NCBI RefSeq assembly: GCF_049243625.1
Contig: NZ_CP046975.1
Length of the DNA: 32,000 nt
Reading direction: 5' to 3' (one strand)
Source of the DNA: Corynebacterium amycolatum
GTDB taxonomy: Bacteria; Actinomycetota; Actinomycetes; Mycobacteriales; Mycobacteriaceae
Shown piece by piece: positions 10,475 to 19,171 of the stretch (the stretch's first letter is position 1; each line of letters starts with the position of its first letter). The position numbers and the translations under genes were made by a program. The notes beneath the pieces are model-generated. The model saw only the letters and a list, made by a program, of their open reading frames with translations, searched no databases and was not told where the DNA came from.

Positions 10475-11701
10475 GTGACTTCAGCTACATCCACATCACG
10501 TCCTCGGAAGCGCCAACGTAAGCGCAATCCCGAGGGCGTGATGACTATTGTCGAGCACATTCAAGAGCTCCGGCGTCGTCTCGTTCTCTCTCTTGCTGGT
10601 ATCGCCGTTGGCACTGTTGTGGGCTTCATCTGGTACCAGACCGCCTTTACAATTGGCCAGTTCCGCATACCGTTTACCTCGACCGATGTCGGTCCGCTGC
10701 ACTTTAAGTCCCTGGGTGAATTGCTCAAGGATCCGTACTGTCAGCTTCCACCCGAGATGCGTCTCGGCGGCGGCGAGGGTGCGGAGTGTCGTCTGCTGGC
10801 GACCAGTCCGTTCGAAATGTTCATGCTGCGACTAAAGGTCGGCGCGTTGGCCGGTCTGGTGATGTCGTCGCCATGGTGGCTCTACCAAATTTGGGCCTAC
10901 ATCACCCCTGGCTTGGTTCGGAAGGAACGCCGCACCACCCGCCGAGTTGTGACTGCCGCAGCACTGCTGTTTGTCATGGGTTCCGTCCTGGCTTACTTCG
11001 TTGTCGCCTTCGGTTTGGAGTTCTTGCTTCAGATCGGTGAAGAAACGCAGATTTCTGCACTCACCGGTTCGCAATACTTCGGTTTCGTCCTCGCACTAAT
11101 TCTGGTTTTCGGAGTCAGCTTCGAAGTTCCACTCTTCGTGGTGATGTTGAACATGGCGGGCGTCATTACCTACGAGGGCATCAAGGACAAACGCAGCATT
11201 ATCATCATGTCGCTGTTTGTCTTTGCGGCTTTTATGACCCCAGGTCAGGAACCAATATCTATGGTCGCAATGGCGACGGCGCTGACATTGCTGGTGGAAG
11301 TCGCAATCCAGATTTGTCGCCTCCATGACCGTCGTAAAGCGAATGAGCGTCCGGAGTGGCTAGATCTGGATGACGAACAAGGCTCCGGACCAATCACGGC
11401 CTCCGGTCCAATTGGCTCTACTGGCGGTATCGGCGACGTGGGCGGCATCGACGCCCCGACTTCAGTAAGCACGCCGACGTCAATTCAGCCGGGCGGCATG
11501 CCGACGGCATCAGCAGCTCCGACAACCTCCCCGATTTCTGGCCCGACGCCAGTTAACCCGCCGACGCCGACTCAGGCATCCCAGATGCGCCCGACTCGCA
11601 ATTCGCGTCCACCGCGGCCACACGGAATGATTCCGGAGACCCCGATGCCAACGCAGGACTTGCGAAATCGTCCGACGAGTGACTTTGATGATGTTCTCTA
11701 G
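10475..11701 (+). CDS. tatC: Twin-arginine translocase subunit TatC with a ~110-aa low-complexity C-terminal extension
   Basis: Conserved HIQELRRRL near the N-terminus, multiple TM segments, SPFEMFMLRLKV and FMTPGQEPISM, all typical of TatC. GTG start at 10475. Confidence 0.9.
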   Translation: MTSATSTSRPRKRQRKRNPEGVMTIVEHIQELRRRLVLSLAGIAVGTVVGFIWYQTAFTIGQFRIPFTSTDVGPLHFKSLGELLKDPYCQLPPEMRLGGGEGAECRLLATSPFEMFMLRLKVGALAGLVMSSPWWLYQIWAYITPGLVRKERRTTRRVVTAAALLFVMGSVLAYFVVAFGLEFLLQIGEETQISALTGSQYFGFVLALILVFGVSFEVPLFVVMLNMAGVITYEGIKDKRSIIIMSLFVFAAFMTPGQEPISMVAMATALTLLVEVAIQICRLHDRRKANERPEWLDLDDEQGSGPITASGPIGSTGGIGDVGGIDAPTSVSTPTSIQPGGMPTASAAPTTSPISGPTPVNPPTPTQASQMRPTRNSRPPRPHGMIPETPMPTQDLRNRPTSDFDDVL

Positions 11702-11725
11702 CGTGGTTTATGACACTCTAGAGGC

Positions 11726-14512
11726 ATGACTCTTCTCGGCGGTTTCGTTAGCCAACAGGATTTCGATCTTGACGACTTTCAGCTCCGCGCCTGCCAATCA
11801 ATTGAGGCAGGGCGGGGCGTTGTCGTCTGTGCACCCACCGGTGCGGGCAAAACTATTGTTGGCGAATTCGCTATTTATGCTGCGCTCGAGCGCGGCGGCA
11901 AGTGCTTTTACACCACCCCTATTAAGGCACTGAGCAACCAGAAGTACCACGACCTAGTCGAGGACTACGGCGAGGACCGCGTGGGCCTGCTCACTGGTGA
12001 CACTTCGATTAACGGCGACGCAGACATCGTGGTGATGACCACCGAGGTGCTGCGTAACATGATCTACGCGAACTCGCCGACGCTGAAGAAACTCACGCAT
12101 GTGGTGATGGACGAGATTCACTACCTCGCTGACCGGGAGCGCGGCGCTGTGTGGGAAGAGGTTATTTTGAACCTCGACCAGTCCGTGGCTGTCATCGGTT
12201 TGTCCGCGACGGTATCCAACTCCGAGGAATTCGGGCGCTGGCTGTCCACGGTGCGCGGGCACACGGACGTTATTGTCACGGATTTGCGTCCGGTTCCACT
12301 GCATCAGCACATGCTAGTGGGCAACCGACTCTATCCTCTTTTCGAGGCGAAGTCGGACAAGGTCAATCAGGACCTGCTGGAGGCGTGCCGTCGCGCCGAG
12401 TTCGGCTACGGGGACGCTGGGGCCAGGGAGCGCTACCAGTACAAAAAACACAAGGGCGGTGGGCGCTCATACAGCTGGGGCGATAGGGGGCAGCGCAAGT
12501 TCCGCCCACCGAAGCGCGGCGATGTTATCCGCATGCTCGGCTCCATGAACATGCTGCCCGCGATTGTTTTCATATTCTCCCGCGCGGGCTGCGAAGGCGC
12601 GTTGGCGCAGGTCGGCGCTACTCGCGCAGAACTCACTGACCGAGATGAGCAGGAGCGCATCGCCAAGATTATCGATGACGGTGTCGCGCACATTCCGAAG
12701 GAAGACCTGCAGGTTCTCGGCTTCCTGCGCTGGCGCCGCATTCTCATTCGAGGTTTTGCGGCGCACCACGCGGGCATGCTGCCTGCGTTTCGGCACATTG
12801 TGGAAGAGCTCTTTAACGAAGGCCTGGTCAAGGTCGTCTTCGCCACCGAGACGCTCGCACTGGGCATCAACATGCCTGCCCGCACGGTTGTGCTGGAGAA
12901 GCTGGTCAAGTTCAACGGCGAGGCACACGTAGATCTCACGCCCGGTCAGTACACGCAGATGACGGGTCGCGCTGGCCGCCGCGGTATCGACACCGTCGGC
13001 AATGCCGTGGTGCAGTGGGCCCCGGCAATGGACCCGAAGGCCGTCGCAGGACTGGCATCCACGCGCACGTACCCGCTGATCTCCACCTTCGCACCGAGCT
13101 ACAACATGAGCGTCAACCTCCTACAGACACTCGGTTACGAGGGGTCGAAGCGTGTCATGGAGCGCTCATTCGCACAGTTCCAGGCGGATGGCGACATCGT
13201 CGGAGTCGCCGCCGAACTGTCCAAGGCCAAGCAAGAAGCCGCGGCCCTGCGTGCGGAATTGCTCGGCAGGGGAGCCGATGCGCACGCCGAAGGGTCGGAA
13301 GCTGATGGGTCGTCGTCAAGAGGAGAGGGCAGTTCGCGTGACGACGAGCGCCTGACCCAGATGCTCGAATACCTGGATCTGCGCGCGAAGCTGACCCAGG
13401 AGGAGAAGAACGCCAAGCGCCGCAATATTGAAGACCGCCACACGGAAACGGTGACCGCGCTGCGAAGGCTCCGTAGGGGCGAGGTTATTCCGCTGCCGAA
13501 GGGTAAGAAGGTGCAGTTGGCGGTGGTGTACCGGGAGGATCATTCGAAGTCGAATCCTCGTCCCGGTGTCATCAGTGTCGGCGGATTTGTGGGACGTGTG
13601 GAACCGCATATCTTCCCAGCGGCGCCGCAGACAGTCGGCTCGATTAAGCTGCCGCGGGATGCGGATCGGCATCCGCGACGTGCGCTCGGTATTGTGCGTG
13701 CAGAGATTGGCCGCAAGGGGCTGAAGGGACCAAAGAGGCTGAAGCGCCGCAGCGGTGGCAACTCGCCAGCGGTGAGGAAGCTGCGGCAGGAGCTGCGTGA
13801 GCATCCACTACATGGAGATCCTGCGGTGGAGACGATGGCTCGTCACGCCGATACGCTGCGGCAGGCCGAGGCGCATGTTGCCAAGCTGCAAAAGCGCGTC
13901 GATTCCGCTTCCGATACGTTGGCACGCACATTCGACCGCATGCTGCAGTTGCTAACACAGATGGACTACGTGGAATGGCCAGAGGGCGCGGAGCCGACGA
14001 TTACGGAGGAAGGCCTGCGGCTGGCGCAGATTCACAATGGGTCGGATCTGCTGGTGGCCACGTGCCTGCGCCGCGGTATCTGGGACGACTTGGACCCGGC
14101 AGAGCTGGCCGGTGCCGTGTCGAGTTTGGTCTTTGAAAACCGCAAGGCCAGCCAGGGCAGCGATGAGGTTCCGACCGAGCCGTTGGCCAAGGCGCTGGGG
14201 AACACCTACCGCATCTGGGAGGAGCTGTCGGAGGATGAGCGCCGCTACCGTCTGCCGGTGACGAACTTGCCGGACATGGCCTTTGCCACTGCAATTCATC
14301 AGTGGACTGCGGGCGCACCGCTGGGGTACTGCCTGCAGGCAGCGGCCGAAAGTGGCGCGGAGCTGACTCCGGGTGACTTTGTCCGCTGGTGCCGTCAGGT
14401 CATTGATCTATTGCAGCAGATTAAGAAGACCGGCTACTCCACAGACATTCGCGATAAGTCTGCCGAGGCTATTCAGGCGATTCGCAGGGGAGTAGTGGCG
14501 CTGAATAATTAG
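11726..14512 (+). CDS. helY: Ski2-like DEAD/DEAH-box RNA helicase HelY
   Basis: Motif I (APTGAGKT), motif II (VMDEIHYL), SAT, and HHAGMLP...ATETLALGINMPART, plus a DSHCT-like C-terminal domain. It lies downstream of tatC, as Rv2092c does. Confidence 0.9.
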   Translation: MTLLGGFVSQQDFDLDDFQLRACQSIEAGRGVVVCAPTGAGKTIVGEFAIYAALERGGKCFYTTPIKALSNQKYHDLVEDYGEDRVGLLTGDTSINGDADIVVMTTEVLRNMIYANSPTLKKLTHVVMDEIHYLADRERGAVWEEVILNLDQSVAVIGLSATVSNSEEFGRWLSTVRGHTDVIVTDLRPVPLHQHMLVGNRLYPLFEAKSDKVNQDLLEACRRAEFGYGDAGARERYQYKKHKGGGRSYSWGDRGQRKFRPPKRGDVIRMLGSMNMLPAIVFIFSRAGCEGALAQVGATRAELTDRDEQERIAKIIDDGVAHIPKEDLQVLGFLRWRRILIRGFAAHHAGMLPAFRHIVEELFNEGLVKVVFATETLALGINMPARTVVLEKLVKFNGEAHVDLTPGQYTQMTGRAGRRGIDTVGNAVVQWAPAMDPKAVAGLASTRTYPLISTFAPSYNMSVNLLQTLGYEGSKRVMERSFAQFQADGDIVGVAAELSKAKQEAAALRAELLGRGADAHAEGSEADGSSSRGEGSSRDDERLTQMLEYLDLRAKLTQEEKNAKRRNIEDRHTETVTALRRLRRGEVIPLPKGKKVQLAVVYREDHSKSNPRPGVISVGGFVGRVEPHIFPAAPQTVGSIKLPRDADRHPRRALGIVRAEIGRKGLKGPKRLKRRSGGNSPAVRKLRQELREHPLHGDPAVETMARHADTLRQAEAHVAKLQKRVDSASDTLARTFDRMLQLLTQMDYVEWPEGAEPTITEEGLRLAQIHNGSDLLVATCLRRGIWDDLDPAELAGAVSSLVFENRKASQGSDEVPTEPLAKALGNTYRIWEELSEDERRYRLPVTNLPDMAFATAIHQWTAGAPLGYCLQAAAESGAELTPGDFVRWCRQVIDLLQQIKKTGYSTDIRDKSAEAIQAIRRGVVALNN

Positions 14513-14674
14513 TTATCTCGGACACATCTCTTCTCCTGAACACCTGGTTCCTGAGGTGAAGATGATAAATTACTAAAAGTAGAATAGTTATGACACTATT
14601 CTTATCTCGCAGTGACTAACGAAACTGCAGATTATATTTTTCATATCTGACTTCATTTCTCAGGAAGGCCCCGA

Positions 14675-15526
14675 ATGCGCAAGCTTCATAAGACTCTATC
14701 CGCTGTAGGGATCGCGGCACTGAGCTTCGGCATTGCCCCAATCGCAAACGCTGCACCCGCTGGAAACGTTGTTACCTTCGGCGATTCGTATTTCGCCAAT
14801 CCGACCGTTGAGGACTACTGGATTGCCAAGGCTCCAGAGCAGATTCCTGGGCTCCCAGAGGTTCAGCAGAAGAATGGTTGCGCGCATGACCCTGATGGAA
14901 TTCCGGCCAAGATCGGTAAAAAGACTGGCCGCCAGCTAGATGACTACTCCTGCGCAGGAGCCGTCCTCTACACGCCGAACGCAAACAATCTCGATCGACA
15001 AATCGAGGGCGCTATTCGCGATGGAGCACTGACCCCGCAGACTGCATTCATTGCAATTCAGATTGGTTTCAACGACACCTACAACAACGCAGTCAATCTT
15101 CCTTCCGTGCGTGAGGGCTGGTGGAAGGATGCTTCCGATGCCGCAGTAAACAAAATTCGCGCACATGCGCCGAATGCCCGCATCGCATTTGTCAATTACC
15201 CAACCATTTCGCATCCCGGTGATTCCAAGCAGTGCCTCATCCATGTGAACGTTGCTGGACAAAACGTCGACGCCGGGGTTCCCGCATTCTGGATTGAGCA
15301 GGGTGAGATTGAAACCTCTAAGTACGCACAGCAGGCCGCTGACCGCCATAACGCCGAGTTTGTTGATGTCCGCTCGATGACCACGGATCGCCATGAGTGC
15401 GCACCGGATGATAAGCGAATCATCGCAGGCGCAGTCGACAACCGCACTCAGGACTACAACCTTCCGGTCCACCTCAATGGTGAAGGCAAAGAGATTATCG
15501 CCGACGCAATCGTCGCTCGCATCTAG
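14675..15526 (+). CDS. Secreted SGNH/GDSL-family hydrolase (esterase/lipase)
   Basis: RBS AGGAAGG precedes the start. A Sec-type signal peptide (MRKLHKTLSAVGIAALSFGIAPIANA/AP) is followed at once by the block I motif VVTFGDSYF. The C-terminus has VHLNGEG, a candidate catalytic His. Confidence 0.75.
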   Translation: MRKLHKTLSAVGIAALSFGIAPIANAAPAGNVVTFGDSYFANPTVEDYWIAKAPEQIPGLPEVQQKNGCAHDPDGIPAKIGKKTGRQLDDYSCAGAVLYTPNANNLDRQIEGAIRDGALTPQTAFIAIQIGFNDTYNNAVNLPSVREGWWKDASDAAVNKIRAHAPNARIAFVNYPTISHPGDSKQCLIHVNVAGQNVDAGVPAFWIEQGEIETSKYAQQAADRHNAEFVDVRSMTTDRHECAPDDKRIIAGAVDNRTQDYNLPVHLNGEGKEIIADAIVARI

Positions 15527-15537
15527 TCCTTGCCTCC

Positions 15538-15572
15538 AAGCCCTGCGCCTTATGGCCCAGGGCTTTTATCTT
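15538..15572 (+). terminator. Rho-independent terminator after the SGNH hydrolase gene
   Basis: AAGCCCTG (15538-15545) pairs with CAGGGCTT (15558-15565). An inner GCC/GGC pairing is possible. The stem is followed by TTATCTT and begins 12 nt after the stop. Confidence 0.65.
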
Positions 15573-15595
15573 CAACTCACTACTTTTAGGGAAAA

Positions 15596-17212
15596 ATGAC
15601 ACCTCGCACTCAACGCGCAACTCATGTGTCGTCTTGGACCCAGGTTAAGCAGTTTGCTACTGCTCTCGGCCCTCTCAAGCGTGCTGGCATCCTCAGAAAT
15701 GATGGTCCTAAAGCACTGAAGAATATGTCCCAATGGGGCATTTCCATGGCAGCTCTCGTCGAAAACGACTGCCTTAATTGGCCTGACCGACTTGCCATTG
15801 TGGATGATTTCGGCGAACTTACATACAGCGAGCTTCGGACTCAGGCTAGAACACTCACGGTACGCCTAATGGAAAAGGGGATTACCGAAGGATCCACCAT
15901 CGCAATACTTGCGCGAAACTCTCGTGCCATCGTGCTGCCATTGTTGGCCTGCAGCTACCTCGGGGCCCGCCCGATGATTATGAATCCTGCCTCATCGTCA
16001 AAGCAGGTTAGCGCGATTATGTCTGACTATGGCGCGGATATTTTGGTCGTAGACGTCGAGTACAACCAAGACGCAGAATTTCCAATCAAATCACTCACTG
16101 TTGGTGGTGACCATGATGAGTTTCTTTCCCTCGTTTCCGGCCAAACCGATAGCTCCAAGCTTCCTCGAAAGCCGCGGCAGCAAGAAACGATCATCATGTC
16201 GTCTGGAACTTACGGAATCCCCAAAGGCGTTCGCCTCCCAGTTCCACGCACGCCAAAGGTGCTCGGCGGTATTGTAAAGGCAATCCCGTGGAAGAAGAAC
16301 ATGGTAGTTCAACTGACCGCTTCGGTCTTCCATGCGTGGGGTTGGCTCAACCTTCAGATTGGCTTGGCCACTGGCTCAACACTCATTTTGCGTCGAAATT
16401 TTGATGCAGATCAGGCTGCTGCGGACTGCCTTCAGTATGGAGTAACCGGAATTGTCTCAGCTGCGGTCTTCCTGAAGGATCTAGTCGCTGCCGCGGACCG
16501 AGCAGAAACAAAGATTGGCCCATTTGAGTTCATCGTTTCTTCGGGTAACGCCATGCCGCCATATTTGGTTCGTGAGCTCAATAAGCGATTTGGGCCTGTT
16601 GTGTGCAATTTCTATGGCTCCACTGAGCATGGCCAAATCGCCATTGCAACTGGCCCTGAATTCGCCGCTGACCCGCACACCACTGGGCATATTCCATCTG
16701 GCGTCGAGCTCCGCATTTTCCGTGAAGATGGCACTGAGGCCGATCCAGGAGAGCTAGGTAACGTCTACGCAGCAAACTCTATGACCATGGTCGGGTTACT
16801 GGCTGCACGTGACAAATATGATGTCATGAATGGGCTGCTCGGAACAGGGGATAAGGGCCTCATTGATCAAAACGGCATGCTTCAGCTAGCCGGTCGCGCA
16901 GACGACATGCTGATCAAGGGAGGCGAAAATGTCTACCCTCGTGAAGTTGAGGAATTCCTCGGAACCGTCGATGGAATCGACGATGTGTTTGTCCACGGTA
17001 GTCAGGATGACATCGTCGCGACTCTTCGAGCCTACGTTGTACGTGAAGACAGCGTTGCTGGTGCTAACCTTTCCGACGACATGATTCGCGAACACGTTCG
17101 CCAAAATCTCGCGGAGCACAATGTGCCTGACGAGATTGTGTGGATGAAATCGTTGCCTCGTAATGACGGTGGCAAGGTCGTCCCACGCCGTCTACCCGAC
17201 ACCAGCATCTAG
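15596..17212 (+). CDS. AMP-dependent acyl-CoA synthetase/ligase (FadD-like)
   Basis: AMP-binding signature variant (IIMSSGTYGIPKGV), FYGSTE, TGDKG...GRADDMLIKGGENVYP and a C-terminal GKV(V)PRR, all ANL-superfamily core motifs. Confidence 0.8.
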   Translation: MTPRTQRATHVSSWTQVKQFATALGPLKRAGILRNDGPKALKNMSQWGISMAALVENDCLNWPDRLAIVDDFGELTYSELRTQARTLTVRLMEKGITEGSTIAILARNSRAIVLPLLACSYLGARPMIMNPASSSKQVSAIMSDYGADILVVDVEYNQDAEFPIKSLTVGGDHDEFLSLVSGQTDSSKLPRKPRQQETIIMSSGTYGIPKGVRLPVPRTPKVLGGIVKAIPWKKNMVVQLTASVFHAWGWLNLQIGLATGSTLILRRNFDADQAAADCLQYGVTGIVSAAVFLKDLVAAADRAETKIGPFEFIVSSGNAMPPYLVRELNKRFGPVVCNFYGSTEHGQIAIATGPEFAADPHTTGHIPSGVELRIFREDGTEADPGELGNVYAANSMTMVGLLAARDKYDVMNGLLGTGDKGLIDQNGMLQLAGRADDMLIKGGENVYPREVEEFLGTVDGIDDVFVHGSQDDIVATLRAYVVREDSVAGANLSDDMIREHVRQNLAEHNVPDEIVWMKSLPRNDGGKVVPRRLPDTSI

Positions 17213-17259
17213 TTCCGCGCCTCTGTCTTATTCAAGGCTGACGGGTACAGTTGGCAACT

Positions 17260-18375
17260 ATGAGCAACGGTATCTTTAGCTTTGACATCTATCAGCAGCG
17301 CCTGGATCGCACCGCGGAACTACTCCGCACCCGCGATGCAGACGCTGCAGTCTTTGGAACCGGAGCTGACCTGCAGTATCTCATCGGTTCTGCGGTCGCT
17401 TCGCATGAGCGTCTCACCGCGCTGGTAGTCACCGCAGCCGGCACAACCACGCTGGTATTGCCCGCTGTGGAGCGGGGGGACCTGCCGCTGTGTGCAATCG
17501 GTGACCTCAACGCCGATGTGGTGTTGTGGGAGGACGGTCAGGATCCACACCGCATTGTCGCCGACCTAGTCGGCCACGTGGGCACTCTCGCAATTGGGGC
17601 GTCGTTGACCGCTGACCACCTGATTCCCATTCAGGATCTCACCGGAGCCAAGACTGTGTTGGCCGGAGAACTGCTGAAAGAACTGTTCATGCGCAAGGAC
17701 GCCGCTGAGATTGATCAGCTGCGCGAGGCCGGCGCCGCCATTGACCGCGTTCACGCTCGCGTTCCGGGCATGCTGCGTGCAGGTCGCACCGAGCGCGAGG
17801 TCGCCGACGAGATTTCGGCAGCCATCCTGGAGGAAGGCCATGTCGCCATTGACTTCGTCATTGTCGGCTCGGCTGAAAATGGTGCTAATCCGCACCACGA
17901 TTTCTCCAACCGCGTCATCGAGGACGGCGACGTGGTGGTCATCGATATCGGAGGCACCTTGCCGCTCGGCTACCACTCCGATTGCACGCGCACCTATGTC
18001 GTCGGCAAGCCGGGGGAGAAGGAAACCGCAGCGTGGGCGGCCCTGCGGAAGGCTCAGGAAGCTGCTGTAGCAGCGGTTCGCCCGGGTGTGACGGCTGCAG
18101 AGATTGATGCGATTGCGCGCAATAGCCTCACCGCTGCGGGCTACGGCGAGTACTTCATTCACCGCACTGGTCATGGCATTGGCCTGTCCACCCATGAAGA
18201 GCCGTTCATTATGGCTGGCAATGAGCTTGCACTTGAGCCGGGCATGGCGTTTTCGGTGGAGCCGGGCGTGTACCTGCCGGGCGAATTCGGTATGCGCCTG
18301 GAGGACATCATCATTGTCACCGAAGATGGCGGCGAATCGGTCAATAACGGTCCGCACGATTTGATTACCGTCTAA
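17260..18375 (+). CDS. pepE: M24-family Xaa-Pro dipeptidase (PepE/PepQ-like)
   Basis: The metal-ligand context DIGG...YHSDCTRT, HRTGHGIGLSTHEEP and FSVEPGVY...RLEDI fits the pita-bread fold. The ORF opens at a TTG at 17251; I use the ATG at 17260. The position matches Rv2089c. Confidence 0.85.
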   Translation: MSNGIFSFDIYQQRLDRTAELLRTRDADAAVFGTGADLQYLIGSAVASHERLTALVVTAAGTTTLVLPAVERGDLPLCAIGDLNADVVLWEDGQDPHRIVADLVGHVGTLAIGASLTADHLIPIQDLTGAKTVLAGELLKELFMRKDAAEIDQLREAGAAIDRVHARVPGMLRAGRTEREVADEISAAILEEGHVAIDFVIVGSAENGANPHHDFSNRVIEDGDVVVIDIGGTLPLGYHSDCTRTYVVGKPGEKETAAWAALRKAQEAAVAAVRPGVTAAEIDAIARNSLTAAGYGEYFIHRTGHGIGLSTHEEPFIMAGNELALEPGMAFSVEPGVYLPGEFGMRLEDIIIVTEDGGESVNNGPHDLITV

Positions 18376-18406
18376 TCGAAGTTTAGAGGAAAGGTTTTTC
18401 TAGCGC

Positions 18407-19171
18407 ATGGGACACGTACTCGTTCTTGGTGCCACCAGCGAAATCGGCGGGGAAGTTGCCGCGCGGCTGGCCAATCACAACACCTTCACGCTCGCCGCGC
18501 GCCGCACTGAGGCACTCGACGGCATTGCCGGACGCCTCATCGACGCCGGTGCTGTCGCGGTGCATCGCATCCACTTTGATGCCGATGACATCGCCGCACA
18601 CCGCCAGTTCGTTGAGCACGCCTGGCAGCACGGTCCCATCGACACGGTGATTGTCGCGTTCGGCATCCTCGGCAATCAGCAGAAGTGTGAAGAGTCCGGG
18701 GAGGCTGCGGCGGCGGTCATTCACACCGACTTCACGGCTCAGGCATCGATTCTCACAGAGATTGTCGCGCGCATGGAGTCCGACATCGCCGCCGGCAAAC
18801 TGCCTGTGCGCGACAAGGTCGCGGGCCGCATCATGGCCTTTTCCTCTATCGCAGGCACCCGCGTGCGCCGCGCCAACTATGTCTACGGTTCGGCGAAGGC
18901 CGGCCTCGACGGTTTCCTCCAAGGCATGCAGGACCGCCTGCACGGCAGCCATATTCAGCTGACAATCGTCCGGCCGGGCTTCGTCATCGGCCGCATGACC
19001 GAAGGCATGAAGCCGGCGCCGATGTCTTCGCGCCCCGCCGAGGTCGCTGAGGCCGCCGTCACCGCCTTCGATGGCCGGAAGCCCCATGTCTGGGTGCCAC
19101 GGAAACTGGCGTTGCTCGCCCGTGCCACGCATCTGACTCCTCGCTGGATTTGGCGGAAGATGCCCCGATGA
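18407..19171 (+). CDS. Short-chain dehydrogenase/reductase, DprE2-like paralog (Rv2073c-like)
   Basis: Rossmann motif LGATSEIGG and catalytic YVYGSAKAG (YxxxK). The stop overlaps the cobL start (ATGA at 19168-19171). Confidence 0.85.
   Translation: MGHVLVLGATSEIGGEVAARLANHNTFTLAARRTEALDGIAGRLIDAGAVAVHRIHFDADDIAAHRQFVEHAWQHGPIDTVIVAFGILGNQQKCEESGEAAAAVIHTDFTAQASILTEIVARMESDIAAGKLPVRDKVAGRIMAFSSIAGTRVRRANYVYGSAKAGLDGFLQGMQDRLHGSHIQLTIVRPGFVIGRMTEGMKPAPMSSRPAEVAEAAVTAFDGRKPHVWVPRKLALLARATHLTPRWIWRKMPR

Noticed and set aside
10170-10478. A 102-aa alternative-frame ORF across the tatA repeats (S/R-rich)
   Set aside because: It is a frame-shifted reading of the CAG/CCG-rich repeat. The tatA frame has the canonical N-terminal TatA domain.
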